64,000 bases of DNA, taken from NCBI GenBank assembly GCA_963795085.1, contig CAWCFX010000006.1, forward strand, positions 160,001-224,000, in the 5' to 3' direction. A program made the position numbers and the translations under genes. Below the pieces are notes generated by a model. That model saw nothing but the letters and a program-made list of their open reading frames with translations. It did no database searches and was not told the DNA's origin. Below are positions 12,330-20,178 of this stretch, piece after piece (position 1 is the stretch's first letter; the number at the start of each line of letters is the position of its first letter). This DNA comes from an uncultured Gemmatimonadales bacterium (GTDB taxonomy: Bacteria > Gemmatimonadota > Gemmatimonadetes > Gemmatimonadales > GWC2-71-9).

Positions 12330-13349
12330 TCAGTCCCGGAGGCTGAGAATTTCGGCGCCCCGAAGGACCCCGGCATCGGTGATATACGCCGCGACCAGGT
12401 CGGCCGGCGTCACGTCAAAGGCCGGGTTCCAGGTACCCACGCCCACAGGTGACGTGACCTGGCCGTTGAATCCGCGGACCTCATCGGCATGCCGCTGTTC
12501 GATGGGTATGGAATTGCCGTCCGGGGTCGCGAAATCGAACGTGGTGCGCGGCGCCGCAACGTAGAAAGGCACCTGGTGGGCGCGCGCCGCCAGGGCCAGC
12601 CCGTAGGTGCCGATCTTGTTGGCAACATCCCCGTTCCGGGCAATCCGGTCGGCGCCCACGATCACGCAGTCCACGTCTCCCTGCCGGAGCCGGCTGGCGG
12701 CCATTCCCTCGGTGATCAGGGTGCAGGCGATTCCCGCCCGGGTCAGTTCCCAGGCGGTGAGCCGGGCTCCCTGCAGGAGAGGGCGCGTCTCCGAGGCCAC
12801 CACCCGGATGTCACGGCCGGCGTCACGGGCCTTGTACAGCGGCGCCAGCGCGGTCCCGATGCCGCCGGTGGCAAGCGCCCCCGCGTTGCAATGGGTGACG
12901 ACCACGGCTCGGTCCCCCAGCAACGCAAGGCCGGCAACCCCGATCCGATCGCACATGGCGGCATCTTCTTTCCAGATGGCGGTGGCTTCCGCGACCAGGA
13001 CCGGGTGAAGCTGGGCCGGGGCGGCGGCCACTGCCCGGCGCCACATCCGGTCCAGCGCCCATCCCAGGTTCACCGCCGTCGGGCGGGTGGCGCGGAGCAG
13101 GTCGTGAGCGCGGCGCAAGCCGGCCAGCGCATCTCCGTCGCCCCCGCCCTGGGGCACCGCCAGCGTCAGGCCCATGGCGGCGCTGATGCCGATGAGCGGC
13201 GCGCCCCGCACCCGGAGGGAGCTAATAGCCTCGGCCACGGCCTCGGCGGTGGCGAGGTCGAGGTAATGTTCGCGGGAGGGAAGCAAGGTCTGGTCGAGAA
13301 TCCGGACCTGGTGGTCCGGCGTCCAGCCGATTGGGTGGGGGATAGGCAT
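12330..13349 (-). CDS. mtnA: Methylthioribose-1-phosphate isomerase
   Basis: [52 protein letters not shown]. Confidence 0.95.
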   Translation of the reverse strand: MPIPHPIGWTPDHQVRILDQTLLPSREHYLDLATAEAVAEAISSLRVRGAPLIGISAAMGLTLAVPQGGGDGDALAGLRRAHDLLRATRPTAVNLGWALDRMWRRAVAAAPAQLHPVLVAEATAIWKEDAAMCDRIGVAGLALLGDRAVVVTHCNAGALATGGIGTALAPLYKARDAGRDIRVVASETRPLLQGARLTAWELTRAGIACTLITEGMAASRLRQGDVDCVIVGADRIARNGDVANKIGTYGLALAARAHQVPFYVAAPRTTFDFATPDGNSIPIEQRHADEVRGFNGQVTSPVGVGTWNPAFDVTPADLVAAYITDAGVLRGAEILSLRD

Positions 13350-13378
13350 GCAGGCAATCTAACAGCGGGCCGGCGGCG

Positions 13379-14959
13379 TCAGCGGGCTCCCAGCGAGTTG
13401 GTGAACGCGTCATAGACGTCGGCCCGCCACCAGTGCCGGGATTGTTCCATGATCCCGTAGGCTTCTTCCATCGGCATGGCCGCCCGGTAACTGCGGGTGG
13501 TGGTCAGCGCGTCAAAAACATCCGCGATGCAGATGACCTGGGCGTGGAGCGGGATCTCGTCGCCCTTGAGCCGGTCCGGATAGCCGGTACCGTCGTAACG
13601 CTCGTGGTGGGAACGGATGATCGGCTTGATGTCCCAGGGAAATTCCACCGCCGCCAGCAGTTCGAGGCCCCACACCGGGTGCATCTTGACGATATCAAAC
13701 TCTTCGTTGGTAAGCCGGCCCGGCTTGTTGAGGATTTCGTGGGGCACCTTGACCTTGCCAAGATCGTGGAGATAGGCGCCGAGCCGAAGAGTGGTCTGTT
13801 CCTCCTCGCTGAGTCCGAGGGCCTGCGCCACCTTGAGGCCGTACTCCGCCACCCGGCCGCAGTGGCCGAAGGTGTACCGGTCCGACGATTCGATCGACTG
13901 GCCCCACTCGGCGACGACCTTGAGAAACGTCCCTTCCAGCTCCGAGACCTTGCCGCGAATATCCACCAGGTCCACCCGGGCGTTCAGGCGGTGGAAGAGT
14001 CGGTGGGAAGTGTTCAGGAGCCGCAGCGAATCCTGGTTTCGCCCCATCATCTGGAGCAGCAGGGCCATTTCGCGGGAGGCCTCGGCCTCGCTCAGGACCG
14101 AGCCGGTCTCCACCGCGAGGTCGATCGCCGCCTTGAGACGTGACTCGGCCACGGCGTGATGACCGGTTTCCCGGTAGACCGTACCCAGCACCTTGTAGGC
14201 ATCGGCCTTGTCGAGCCGGGCGCCCAGTTCGTCGAATATGCGGAGCGCCGCCTCGGCGCTGTCGCGGGCCTTTTCATAGCGCTGCCGGGCCAGGTGGACT
14301 TCCGCGTGGTTGAGAAGACAGAGTCCCTGAAGATGAATATCGCCCATGGTGGAGGCGCGGGCGTGGCTGGCCACGAAGTACCGGTCCGCTTCTTCCCACT
14401 GTTCCTGGTCGGCGCTGATCATGCCCAGGTTGTGGTACGCAATGGCGCAGCCCCGTTCGTCACCGGCATGCACGAATGCCTGGAGGGAATCGAGGTAGTG
14501 CTGCCGGGCCTGGTCGAGATCTCCCTCGACGTTGGCCAGGATCCCGAGGTTCTGGAGGATCCGGCCCTGCAGTTCTTCAGAATCCCGGCCCAGTTGCAGT
14601 CCGGCCGTAAACCGTTCCCGGGCGGAGTTCATGTCCCCCGCCTCAAACTCGAAGCCGGCCAGCGCGTTCAGCGCTTCGGCAGCCAGCACATGTAGTTCAG
14701 CTTGCTGCGCGGATTCGTAGCTCTGCTGGCAGAGGGCTCGGGCCCGGGCAGGTTCGCTCCGGTGATGGCAGATGACCCCGAGCCGCCGGCGGGCTTCAAT
14801 GCCCGCCGACCCCCGCCCGGCCGAGTCTATGGCTCGCTCATAGCAAGCGGCCGCCAGGTCCAGCTTGCCCTGGCGTTCAAAGCCCCGGCCACTCCGCAGG
14901 TCATTCTCTGCGGCGTCGAGAGCGGGTTCCGGAGCGGGCCGGGCCTCGGGCTTGGTCAT
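13379..14959 (-). CDS. TPR-repeat + HD-GYP domain protein (putative cyclic-dinucleotide phosphodiesterase)
   Basis: About 330 aa of TPR-like repeats (NLG motifs), then HDLGK, HHERYDGTGYP, ADVFDAL. Confidence 0.9.
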   Translation of the reverse strand: MTKPEARPAPEPALDAAENDLRSGRGFERQGKLDLAAACYERAIDSAGRGSAGIEARRRLGVICHHRSEPARARALCQQSYESAQQAELHVLAAEALNALAGFEFEAGDMNSARERFTAGLQLGRDSEELQGRILQNLGILANVEGDLDQARQHYLDSLQAFVHAGDERGCAIAYHNLGMISADQEQWEEADRYFVASHARASTMGDIHLQGLCLLNHAEVHLARQRYEKARDSAEAALRIFDELGARLDKADAYKVLGTVYRETGHHAVAESRLKAAIDLAVETGSVLSEAEASREMALLLQMMGRNQDSLRLLNTSHRLFHRLNARVDLVDIRGKVSELEGTFLKVVAEWGQSIESSDRYTFGHCGRVAEYGLKVAQALGLSEEEQTTLRLGAYLHDLGKVKVPHEILNKPGRLTNEEFDIVKMHPVWGLELLAAVEFPWDIKPIIRSHHERYDGTGYPDRLKGDEIPLHAQVICIADVFDALTTTRSYRAAMPMEEAYGIMEQSRHWWRADVYDAFTNSLGAR

Positions 14960-14972
14960 GCCTTGCTCTGTG

Positions 14973-14987
14973 GCAAGCCGGGCGCCA
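14973..14987 (-). promoter_or_regulatory. Sigma54 -24/-12 promoter candidate for the TPR-HD-GYP gene
   Basis: Minus strand TGGCGCCCGGCTTGC (GG-N10-GC), 13 nt upstream of the ATG. Confidence 0.6.
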
Positions 14988-15112
14988 ATGTGGTCCGCCC
15001 CTTGGGAAGCAGCCTATATTGCTTGTTGACAACGGATTACGGCTACGATTAGAGATTCCAGGCCTCCCTACCCTCCTGGGTTCTTGCCGCAATCTTCCAT
15101 GAAAAGTGGCGA

Positions 15113-15149
15113 TTCAAATAAATACGGCGGCTCCCTGGGGAGCCGCCGT
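15113..15149 (-). terminator. Intrinsic terminator downstream of lipoprotein 15171-15695
   Basis: Stem ACGGCGGCTCC/GGAGCCGCCGT followed on the minus strand by ATTTATTT. Confidence 0.7.
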
Positions 15150-15170
15150 TTGCCCGCCGGTCCGCGCCGA

Positions 15171-15695
15171 CTACCAGGCTACCGCGTACCGCGAGAAGTG
15201 CTCGAGATTGGTGCTGACTTTCTTGCTCAGTTTGTCGTCCACCGACGGCAGCAGCTGCAATATCCGGAGGCCGTCCGTCGTGTAGGCGACCCGGCGCGGC
15301 AGAATCGAAGCCGGCAGCGGGCAGTTGTCGTAGTTCAGGGTGAGCACGGCCGGTTTACCGGCGTTAAATACCAGGCCCTCAGGCTGTAACTGGACGGAAT
15401 TAGTCGTGTCGGCTTCCATGCTCATCGTAATGAGCGTCGAGCGGTTCAGCGCTCCCGCAGGAATCACCAGCTTGTGTTTGCCGACCTTGAGGGTTCCCCC
15501 GGCCTGGTTCACCCGCAGCGATATGGTCGCCGCCGGCGTGGCGGAGCACTTCAGCAGTTTGGAGAGGCCCAGCGCCCCAAACTCCGGCCCGGCCAGGGTG
15601 GGGTCCGGCGCCGCGGCCCGATCAATACCACAACTGACAGTCACCGCCACCAGGGCGGCCACAAACATGAGTCCTACCAGTCGTCTCGCCTTCAT
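15171..15695 (-). CDS. Lipoprotein with ZU5-like domain, C-terminal HFSRYAVAW
   Basis: AAGGAG SD, lipobox TVS-C, GGTLKVGKHKLVIPAGAL ZU5-like start, terminal HFS motif. Confidence 0.75.
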   Translation of the reverse strand: MKARRLVGLMFVAALVAVTVSCGIDRAAAPDPTLAGPEFGALGLSKLLKCSATPAATISLRVNQAGGTLKVGKHKLVIPAGALNRSTLITMSMEADTTNSVQLQPEGLVFNAGKPAVLTLNYDNCPLPASILPRRVAYTTDGLRILQLLPSVDDKLSKKVSTNLEHFSRYAVAW

Positions 15696-15712
15696 TCTTG
15701 CCGCTCCTTGGA

Positions 15713-15780
15713 AGTGAATGTCATGCGCCTATACCGCTGCCTCTTGGCTGCCGACCCGGATGCGGGTGGACGCGGAAAAC
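15713..15780 (-). promoter_or_regulatory. Conserved structured 5' leader motif, copy 1
   Basis: UUUCCGCGUCC-ACCCG/CGGGU-CGGCA-GCC/GGC-AGCGGUA..GGCGCA....AUUCACU. Homologous to 16578-16648. Confidence 0.55.
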
Positions 15781-15797
15781 TTGCAGGCACCATAGGG

Positions 15798-15813
15798 TGC
15801 AAAGCGGATGCCA
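15798..15813 (-). promoter_or_regulatory. Sigma54 -24/-12 promoter candidate
   Basis: Minus strand TGGCATCCGCTTTGCA, near the consensus TGGCAC-N5-TTGCA. Confidence 0.75.
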
Positions 15814-16018
15814 GATGGAGTGCAACTCCGCGCAGTACCCCGCTCCGCCGGGGTGTGCCCACAACATCTCGTGAGCCAACCACTTACCGGCGGCCGGGAG
15901 GCGCCTGAAGGCGCGGCTCAATCCCGCCTGCGAACGGCCTTCGCTTTCACTCTCCCACAACGCGAAACGTCGCCGCCACTGGCGACGACGTTTCGAGATT
16001 TGAGGAGTGGCGCGCGGA

Positions 16019-16564
16019 TCAATAGGCCACGGCGTACCGGGAGAAATGTTCCAGCGGTGCGGTCACTTTCTTCGCCAGAATATTGTCCACCGACCGCAGG
16101 ATCTCGAGCAGCTGCAGCCGTTCGGTGGTGTACACGATCTTCTTGGGAAGCAGGCGCGCCACCAATGAGCAGTTCGCATAGCTCATCGTCAGGCTCGCGG
16201 GCTTCCCGCTTGCGAACCGCAGGCCCTCCGGCAGCAGGCGAACCGAGTTCACGCTGTCCAGGACGATCTCGGCGGTGATGACCGTGTTTTTCGTCAGGGC
16301 GCCCGGCGGGATCACCAGCGTGTGCGGGCCAACCGTGATCGTCCCACCCCGGATCCCGATGGTCTTGCTGCTGATCGCCGGGCGGAGGGGCGAGCAGCTG
16401 AGCAGGGTGGCCAGGAGATTCGTCCCGAGTAGTCCGTCCCGCTGTTCCAGCGCCGGGATTCCGGACAGGTCCGTTGGCCCCTGTGAATCACCCGCAGAGC
16501 AGCTGATGCCGGCCACCAGGAAGAGGCCCAGGAACATCATCGAGATAAGGCGCGAGCGTTTCAT
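16019..16564 (-). CDS. Lipoprotein with ZU5-like domain, C-terminal HFSRYAVAY (paralog of 15171-15695)
   Basis: Lipobox GIS-C, GGTITVGPHTLVIPPGAL, NSVRLLPEGL.F..GKPA, LEHFSRYAVAY. Confidence 0.75.
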   Translation of the reverse strand: MKRSRLISMMFLGLFLVAGISCSAGDSQGPTDLSGIPALEQRDGLLGTNLLATLLSCSPLRPAISSKTIGIRGGTITVGPHTLVIPPGALTKNTVITAEIVLDSVNSVRLLPEGLRFASGKPASLTMSYANCSLVARLLPKKIVYTTERLQLLEILRSVDNILAKKVTAPLEHFSRYAVAY

Positions 16565-16577
16565 CGGACTGCCTCGG

Positions 16578-16648
16578 AGTGAATAGTGTGCGCCGGTACC
16601 GCGGCCGCTTTGGCCGCCGGCCCCAGACATCGGGGCGGACGCGGAAAC
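16578..16648 (-). promoter_or_regulatory. Conserved structured 5' leader motif, copy 2
   Basis: UUUCCGCGUCC-GCCCC/GGGGC-CGGCG-GCC/GGC-CGCGGUA..GGCGCA....AUUCACU. Confidence 0.55.
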
Positions 16649-16664
16649 TGCCGTGCCGATGTAG

Positions 16665-16680
16665 AGCAAGTTGGGGCCCA
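16665..16680 (-). promoter_or_regulatory. Sigma54 -24/-12 promoter candidate (weaker)
   Basis: Minus strand TGGGCCCCAACTTGCT (GG-N10-GC). Distance to the leader motif is similar to copy 1. Confidence 0.5.
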
Positions 16681-16761
16681 GCAGATTGGAATAACGACGC
16701 ACTATTTGACAGCACAATTATATACCCACCCTAACTCTCAGTTCGATAAGTATATAGGCGA

Positions 16762-16786
16762 TATATCAGATATTGCATCTGACATA
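16762..16786. promoter_or_regulatory. AT-rich inverted repeat, candidate activator/operator site
   Basis: TATATCAGAT-N5-ATCTGACATA (one mismatch) inside an AT-rich stretch between divergent genes. Confidence 0.45.
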
Positions 16787-16929
16787 ATATTGAACAACCA
16801 ACGAGGCTGGTCCCGGACCATGGCCAGTGCCATGTTGCTGGGCCTGCCCCCCGTTCGTTGCGGGAGAGCCACAGTCTGCACCCGGCCAGGGAGGCCGCTA
16901 TACTTCCAGTTCCTCTTTCATCCCCGGCC

Positions 16930-17712
16930 ATGAACTTCCCAAGCCTTCTCCTGGAAACCGCCGGCGGCATCGCCCGCCTGACGATCAACCGCCCCGACAA
17001 GCTGAACGCCCTGAACGACCAGGTCATCGCCGACCTGGGCCGGGCCATGGACCAGATAGACACGGACCCAGCCATCCGGGGCGTCATTGTGACCGGGAGC
17101 GGGACGAAAGCCTTTGTCGCGGGCGCGGACATCCCGGAGCTGTCCCGCCAGGGCCCCTTCGACGGCAAGGCTCGGGCGCTGGTCGGCCAGCGGGTCTTTC
17201 GCCGGATCGAACGCTCGGGGAAGCCGGTGATCGCCGCCATCAACGGGTTTGCCCTCGGCGGGGGCTGCGAGCTCGCCATGGCCTGCCACATCCGGATTGC
17301 GGCCGAGTCGGCGAAGTTCGGCCAGCCGGAAGCGAAGCTGGGCATCGCCCCGGGGTATGGCGGCACCGTGCGGCTCCCCCGGCTGGTGGGGAAAGGCCGG
17401 GCCCTGGAGCTCCTCCTGACCGGGGTGATGATTGACGCGAACGAGGCCTACCGGATTGGACTGGTGAACCGGGTGGTTCCGGGCGAGCATCTGCTGGACG
17501 CGGCGGAAACGATGATGCGGACGATCCTGGAGAACGGCCCGCTCGCGGTCAGGGTCTGCATCGAAGCGGTGGACTCGGCGTTGGAAACCACTCTCGACGA
17601 AGGCCTCCTGCTGGAAGCCAATTACTTCGGTCTGCTGGCCTCGACGACCGACATGCGGGAAGGCATGGCCGCCTTTCTCGAGAAGCGCAAGGCGGCCTTT
17701 ACCGGCCACTGA
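16930..17712 (+). CDS. Enoyl-CoA hydratase/crotonase
   Basis: INRPDKLNAL, AFVAGADI, NGFALGGGCELAMAC, GQPE. Confidence 0.93.
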   Translation: MNFPSLLLETAGGIARLTINRPDKLNALNDQVIADLGRAMDQIDTDPAIRGVIVTGSGTKAFVAGADIPELSRQGPFDGKARALVGQRVFRRIERSGKPVIAAINGFALGGGCELAMACHIRIAAESAKFGQPEAKLGIAPGYGGTVRLPRLVGKGRALELLLTGVMIDANEAYRIGLVNRVVPGEHLLDAAETMMRTILENGPLAVRVCIEAVDSALETTLDEGLLLEANYFGLLASTTDMREGMAAFLEKRKAAFTGH

Positions 17713-17748
17713 AGGTGTCCGCGCCGCGGGGAGAGACGTCCTACCGGT

Positions 17749-18141
17749 ATGATCCGACAGCTCGCGGGACTGACAGCCCTCGCCCTGGTGGCCGGATGCC
17801 CCGAACGGGGCCGGCTGACCGGTCCCACCAACGGCATCGGCATCGGCCCGGCTGTAAGCATCGACAATCCAGCCCAGGACGTCACCATGACGGCGGGGTC
17901 GGCCATGCTGATCGGGGGAACCGCGTTCGATGAGGAGGGGGTGGACTCGGTCTACTTTACCGCGCTCGACCGTCCCGGAGAAACCGCCACCATTGCTGCG
18001 GGCGGCCATCCACGGGCTTCCTTTTCGTTTGTGCTGAACCTGGTTGGCAACCCGGGCGACACCATCACGGTATGGGTCTATGCGGCCAACCTGAACCAGG
18101 TGCGTGGCGATCCGGTCAGCCGCCGCATCCGGCTGCGCTGA
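17749..18141 (+). CDS. Small lipoprotein with Ig-like domain
   Basis: Lipobox VAG-C, PAVSIDNPAQD...GTAFDEEGVDSVYF. Paralog of 19744-20178. Confidence 0.7.
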   Translation: MIRQLAGLTALALVAGCPERGRLTGPTNGIGIGPAVSIDNPAQDVTMTAGSAMLIGGTAFDEEGVDSVYFTALDRPGETATIAAGGHPRASFSFVLNLVGNPGDTITVWVYAANLNQVRGDPVSRRIRLR

Positions 18142-18154
18142 CCCAGCCCTCCCG

Positions 18155-18604
18155 TCAGGTCCTGATCACCCCGAGGCTATCCGCCGACCTCGGCCGCCAT
18201 TTGGGCACGGAATCCGGCAGCATCTCCCGCCAGTCCAGGTACCATTGGTAACTGAAGGCATCGGTGGGCACGGCCGGCGCCAGCCGGTGCAGCGCCTTCC
18301 GCGCGCCCGGGGGCAACGCCACGCCGAGCCCGACCGCGCCGCAGCCGCCTTTCCGAATGTTGATGCATCCCTCGACGTGCAGTGAATCCACCCACACAGT
18401 ATCCGCGGTCGGGTTCCTGGCCCAGAGCACCGCGCCGCGGCGGGCGGGGAGGATGTCCTCCCAGGTCACCAGCGGAGACGGCAACGCCTCCGCCTGACCC
18501 ACCGCCCGGCCCAATGGAACGATCGCCGCCCCCCACCAGAGGAATAGCGCCCCCAGGGGAAGGCGACTCGCCGGTGACGGAATCCAGGGGTCGGGCCGGT
18601 GCAC
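18155..18604 (-). CDS. Hypothetical exported protein
   Basis: C-terminal part of ORF 18155-19582 with a hydrophobic segment and CxNxxxxxC. Start uncertain (GTG 18604, just after the TauE stop). Confidence 0.5.
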   Translation of the reverse strand: MHRPDPWIPSPASRLPLGALFLWWGAAIVPLGRAVGQAEALPSPLVTWEDILPARRGAVLWARNPTADTVWVDSLHVEGCINIRKGGCGAVGLGVALPPGARKALHRLAPAVPTDAFSYQWYLDWREMLPDSVPKWRPRSADSLGVIRT

Positions 18605-18606
18605 CG

Positions 18607-19539
18607 CTAGGACGCCGCCACTTCCTTGGCTCCGGCCTGCAGTTCCGAGGTCCTGGAATGGTCCCGCCGGGCGGCGCGAAGGAGGCTGACGCTGGTGTAC
18701 ACCACGACCACCACGACCAGGTAGCGGATGACGGAGAGGGGCAGTGACTTGACGATGTACGCGGCGATCAGCACGGCGGGGATTCCCCCCAGCGCCATGC
18801 CGAACGTGGCGCCGGGATGGTAGGCGCCGGCCTTGATGAACCGGGCGCTGGCAACCGGCATGAGGAAGGCGCACGACCCCATCATGATGGGGAAAGCGGC
18901 CGTGGGGTTCATGCCCAGGAGGCTGACCAGGATCAGACAGGGGCCATAGAGCCCGATCCCCAGCGTCATCAGGGTGCCGAGGATGAAGTTCCCGATTACG
19001 CCGGCCCAGAGCAGGGTACCGGTCAGGGCCAGCGCTTCCCCGCCGGCGGGGATCAGATTGAACTGGGCCAGCAGCATGAGCCCGGCTGCCGCCAGGAGGG
19101 CAATCCCCATTCCGATCTGGATCGCCCGGCGCGGCCACCGGGCAACGATGCCCGCACCCAGCCAGGCCCCGGCCACGGCGGCGAGTATCATGAGCACCAG
19201 CGTCTTGCTGTCCACCGGCACCAGCTGGGTGAAGATGATCGCCTGGGCGATGGTAGGAAGGGTGTGCCCTGCGTTGAGGGTGCCGGGAATGACTTCGTCC
19301 CGCACCATCTTCCATTGCCGGAACACCGCCGTGGTGGTCGCGAACGAACCGATGCCCAGAGTATCGAAGAAGTTGGCCACGAACCCGGTCGCGAACATGC
19401 CCGGTCCAGCCCGGGTGTCCTCCCGCGCCGCGCGTTTGGCCGCCCGGAGGCCGAGCCCCAGGACGACGATGTAGAACACGGTAAAGCCCGCCAGGGCGAG
19501 CAGCAGAAAGTCTTTGGCGTTCCAGTCCTGGAAGTTCAT
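18607..19539 (-). CDS. TauE/SafE-family sulfite exporter-like membrane protein
   Basis: NFFDTLGIGSFATT, TLGIGLYGPC, PIMMGSCAFLMP, multiple TMs. Confidence 0.85.
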   Translation of the reverse strand: MNFQDWNAKDFLLLALAGFTVFYIVVLGLGLRAAKRAAREDTRAGPGMFATGFVANFFDTLGIGSFATTTAVFRQWKMVRDEVIPGTLNAGHTLPTIAQAIIFTQLVPVDSKTLVLMILAAVAGAWLGAGIVARWPRRAIQIGMGIALLAAAGLMLLAQFNLIPAGGEALALTGTLLWAGVIGNFILGTLMTLGIGLYGPCLILVSLLGMNPTAAFPIMMGSCAFLMPVASARFIKAGAYHPGATFGMALGGIPAVLIAAYIVKSLPLSVIRYLVVVVVVYTSVSLLRAARRDHSRTSELQAGAKEVAAS

Positions 19540-19743
19540 GGCTCGCGGGGAGAATGGGGGTGATGCACGGCGGTTTGGACAATTGTACGCATCCCCTGCG
19601 CGAAAAGCGAACCAGCTTCGGTTCGCCCCCGGGCCGAGGTGCGAAAAGCGAGGCCGGCGCGGCTCGGCTATGTTTGCCTGCCCGATAAAGTTAGACCGCT
19701 TCCGAACTCTCGATTTTCGAGCCTGCTCCCACTACATTACGGG

Positions 19744-20178
19744 ATGTTTTTCGACCCCTGCCGGGCGGGTCAGGCCCGGGAATGCGGAGGACTGGGATGG
19801 AGCGCTTGCTGGGTAGCGCTGGCGCTCCTGTCGGGGTGTGCGGCACGAGACCGAATCACCTTTCCCGTGGCCGACGGCCTCGGTCCGGCGGTGATGATCA
19901 TTTCACCGGGCCAGGACACCACGGTAACCGCAGGACCTTTTGCCCAGGTGAGTGGGCGGGTCACCGACCGGGACGGCATTGACACCGTGTACTTTGATGT
20001 AACGGGGGGCGGCGCCTCCTTTCAGCCATATGTCGCGTCAGGGGCGGACACCGTCAACTTTTCTCTCCCCCTGGCGACGTCCGGCCTGAACGGAGTGACG
20101 ATGACCGTCACCATATTCGCCACCGACCTGGGCGGCGTAAGGGGCGACACGGCCATCCGGAACGTCACCGTCCAGTAG
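19744..20178 (+). CDS. Small lipoprotein with Ig-like domain
   Basis: Lipobox LSG-C, GPAVMIISPGQD...GRVTDRDGIDTVYF. TACATT 5 nt before the ATG. Stop overlaps the recF start (TAGTG). Confidence 0.65.
   Translation: MFFDPCRAGQARECGGLGWSACWVALALLSGCAARDRITFPVADGLGPAVMIISPGQDTTVTAGPFAQVSGRVTDRDGIDTVYFDVTGGGASFQPYVASGADTVNFSLPLATSGLNGVTMTVTIFATDLGGVRGDTAIRNVTVQ

Noticed and set aside
15713..15780. Assignment of the leader motif to c-di-GMP-I/II, ydaO or hammerhead classes
   Set aside because: By eye it lacks their conserved cores (e.g. the GEMM GNRA/receptor arrangement, CUGAUGA/GAAA). Left as unclassified.
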